Under the pieces are notes generated by a model. It ran no database searches. It saw only the letters and a program-made list of their open reading frames with translations, and was not told the DNA's origin. This document shows, in pieces, positions 52,994-55,211 of a stretch of 55,211 nucleotides of DNA. The stretch spans positions 1 through 55,211 of IMG/VR virus record IMGVR_UViG_3300036859_000142. One strand, 5' to 3'. Within the stretch, counting starts at the first letter, position 1, and every line of letters begins with the position of its first letter. The translations under genes and the position numbers were made by a program. Source of the DNA: a virus (taxonomy: Duplodnaviria; Caudoviricetes).

Positions 52994-54135
52994 TGGCGCT
53001 TCAGGTGGTTGCAAATCGGTATGGGTGGGCGCTTGGTCCGTGGCCGAGTCGATCGTGGGTGCATCCCACCGTCACGACGCGGATCATGGATGCGGCTGGA
53101 GAATCGGTCTTCGGCATCGGGCAAATCATGTTGTCGACCGGGCCAGGGACATCGAAAGTTATTTCTCCAGGCGGCGGCGGGAAGCTGTATTGGCGCGCTG
53201 TGTCTGCGACCTTTGCCAACGCTGGGACGAACCTCCGGATTGGTGTGCAGGATCTGTCTGTTGGCCTTGAAGACGGCACCTTCGACGTATATGCGGATCT
53301 CGTCGGCGGCACCGACACCTTGACGGCTGGCGTGATGGGCACGGCGATGGAAACCGGGACCAAGACGATCGCGCATGGGGATTATGTGGCGATCGGGATG
53401 GAGATGACCACGCGGGCCGGTGCGGACACGGTCAGTATTCGCAACTACAGTTCTTCAGCGGACGCGCTGAATACCTACTGCAGTATTGATACCGGTGCAG
53501 GACCGACGCGCCAAGTTGGTCTACCTATGTTCACGTTGCAGTTCGATGATGGCACGATTGGATGGCTGGTTGGGGCTCCGCCGGTCTTTGTTGAGGTGGG
53601 GACGACGTTTGGGAATGCCTCAACACCAGATGAATATGCCCTACTGTGGCAGCAGCCATTTCCAGCCAAGGCGGTCGGGATCGTCGCGATTCTCGATAAC
53701 GTGATCACCACCGACACCTTCGACTTGGTGTTGTATTCCGATCCGCTTGGGACACCGATCGCTGAAAAGACCGTGACGATTGATCCAAATGTCATCGTCG
53801 ATACAACTGGCGACGGGGGCGTAACAGGGTTGTTCACCAGCGCCTTTGATTTAGTCAAAAACACAACGTACGGCGTCGCTGTGAAAACGACATCGGCTGG
53901 CACGATCACGTTGTCACGGATGCAGTTTGGCACCGGCAATGGTGTCTTGCGTGGCCCCACGAGCCTAGGCACGAACTGGTCTGAAGGGACGCGATCGGAT
54001 GTGACGGGCGCATTTGCCTCAAGCACCGAGAATTTGCCACTGATCGGCGTGTTGCTGGATGCCTTTGATGATGCGGTGAGCGCCAGTGGTGGCCTATTGA
54101 CTCATCCCGGCATGGCCGGCGGAATGAGAGCCTAA
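52993..54135 (+). CDS. Putative virion structural protein
   Basis: 380 aa, Thr/Gly-rich beta protein; TAATG coupling. Confidence 0.65.
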   Translation: MALQVVANRYGWALGPWPSRSWVHPTVTTRIMDAAGESVFGIGQIMLSTGPGTSKVISPGGGGKLYWRAVSATFANAGTNLRIGVQDLSVGLEDGTFDVYADLVGGTDTLTAGVMGTAMETGTKTIAHGDYVAIGMEMTTRAGADTVSIRNYSSSADALNTYCSIDTGAGPTRQVGLPMFTLQFDDGTIGWLVGAPPVFVEVGTTFGNASTPDEYALLWQQPFPAKAVGIVAILDNVITTDTFDLVLYSDPLGTPIAEKTVTIDPNVIVDTTGDGGVTGLFTSAFDLVKNTTYGVAVKTTSAGTITLSRMQFGTGNGVLRGPTSLGTNWSEGTRSDVTGAFASSTENLPLIGVLLDAFDDAVSASGGLLTHPGMAGGMRA

Positions 54136-54139
54136 ACTT

Positions 54140-55211
54140 ATGCAACGTCCAATCACACGCGGTGCGGCGGCTGGGGCTGGGCTCATCTTCCATATCTTCG
54201 CGCAAGATTCTGCGTCGACGGTTGGTGCTGGGAAAGCGAGTGTGGCGTTCGGCTCGTGGACCTGTCGGTATATCCGAAACGGCGAAGCCATCTCTGGCGC
54301 GATCACGCCTGAAGACATCACGACGATCGGCACCTATGGTGCGCCAACCGCCAACACGAACATCCGGATCAAAGCCGTCGACAATACCAACATGATTGGC
54401 GTGTACGAAGTCCATATTCATTTGGATTGGGTGAACGTCACAAACACCTGTCAGAGCCTCACGATTTATCTGACAGCGTCAGGCGTGGCAGTTTTGCCGG
54501 TGCAGATTCCGCTCGAAGGCTTCAATCGGCAAGACACGGTACGCGCAGGATTGACGGCGCTTCCGAATGCGGCAGCCGAAGCGACAGGCGGCCTCTACAC
54601 ACGCGGATCAGGGGCAGGACAGATCAACCAGCAAGCGAATGGACAGATCGACAGCAATTTGGAACGCTGGATTAATGTGGCGCCTCTGGCGCTCAGTGCT
54701 CAGCGCGTGCAAGTGCTGGTAGGCGCGATCACCAACGGCGTGATCGTCGCAGCGACATTCGCGGCGAATGCCCTTGACGCCGTATGGTCAACGGCGACTC
54801 GTATTCTGACCGCCGGCACGAACATCGCCCTCGCCAAAGGCACCGGCGTGACCGGATTCAACGATCTGAGCGCCGCCCAAGTAAATGCGGAGGCGGATAC
54901 GGCCTTGTCCGATGTCGGTGTCACGACGACGGTCACAGGGCGCATCGACGCGGCGATCTCTAGTCGCTTAGCGACAGCAGGCTATACCGCGCCTCCAAGC
55001 GCCGCCGACAATGCCGATGCGGTCTGGAATGAAGCGATTGCGGATCATCTAGGCGCAGGATCGACCGGCGCCGCACTCAATGCCGCGGGATCCGCCGGTG
55101 ATCCCTGGACCACGCCTCTACCCGGGGCGTACGGAGCAGGTACGGCAGGAAAGATCATTGGTGACAACGTGAACGCCACGATCAGCAGTCGCGCCTCACA
55201 AGTCTCCGTCG
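54140..55211 (+). CDS. 5' part of the ~478-aa putative virion protein wrapping to nt 492
   Basis: ATG 54140 (MQRPITRG...); no stop before the window end; missed by the ORF track. Confidence 0.8.
   Translation, partial: MQRPITRGAAAGAGLIFHIFAQDSASTVGAGKASVAFGSWTCRYIRNGEAISGAITPEDITTIGTYGAPTANTNIRIKAVDNTNMIGVYEVHIHLDWVNVTNTCQSLTIYLTASGVAVLPVQIPLEGFNRQDTVRAGLTALPNAAAEATGGLYTRGSGAGQINQQANGQIDSNLERWINVAPLALSAQRVQVLVGAITNGVIVAATFAANALDAVWSTATRILTAGTNIALAKGTGVTGFNDLSAAQVNAEADTALSDVGVTTTVTGRIDAAISSRLATAGYTAPPSAADNADAVWNEAIADHLGAGSTGAALNAAGSAGDPWTTPLPGAYGAGTAGKIIGDNVNATISSRASQVSV
55085..55211. repeat. Terminal direct repeat (identical to 1-127)
   Basis: Exact duplicate of the window start. Confidence 0.97.

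Overview
The window is an apparently complete, circularly assembled genome of about 55.08 kb from a GC-rich (roughly 60%) siphovirus-like tailed phage with an HK97-type head; nt 1-127 are repeated exactly at 55085-55211. Gene order: HNH, terminase small subunit, a terminase large subunit split into ATPase and nuclease genes, a 1043-aa ORF fusing an AAA+ ATPase, the prohead protease and the major capsid protein, then portal, collagen-like protein and head-tail connector. Four glycosyltransferase-like genes sit inside the head-completion module. They are followed by the tail module (tube, chaperone with a -1 slippery site, tape measure, tip proteins), holin-like genes with no recognisable endolysin, and a divergent cI/cro-like switch with no integrase. 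The early region carries ERF and YqaJ recombination genes, an adenine MTase and a PD-(D/E)XK nuclease. An IS1595 island (40.0-44.1 kb) holds a cytosine MTase, an NYN RNase with a terminator-containing leader, and a tRNA-like element. A small-gene region (44.3-47.7 kb) contains five copies of a CGCG-N36-39-CGCG element. A final late block encodes two large signal-peptide beta-helix proteins. The strongest candidates for something undescribed are the AAA+/protease/capsid fusion, the fixed-length variable-core repeat family, the virion-embedded glycosylation cluster, and the sRNA-terminator-NYN module. All family calls come from motif recognition by eye; no database search was run.
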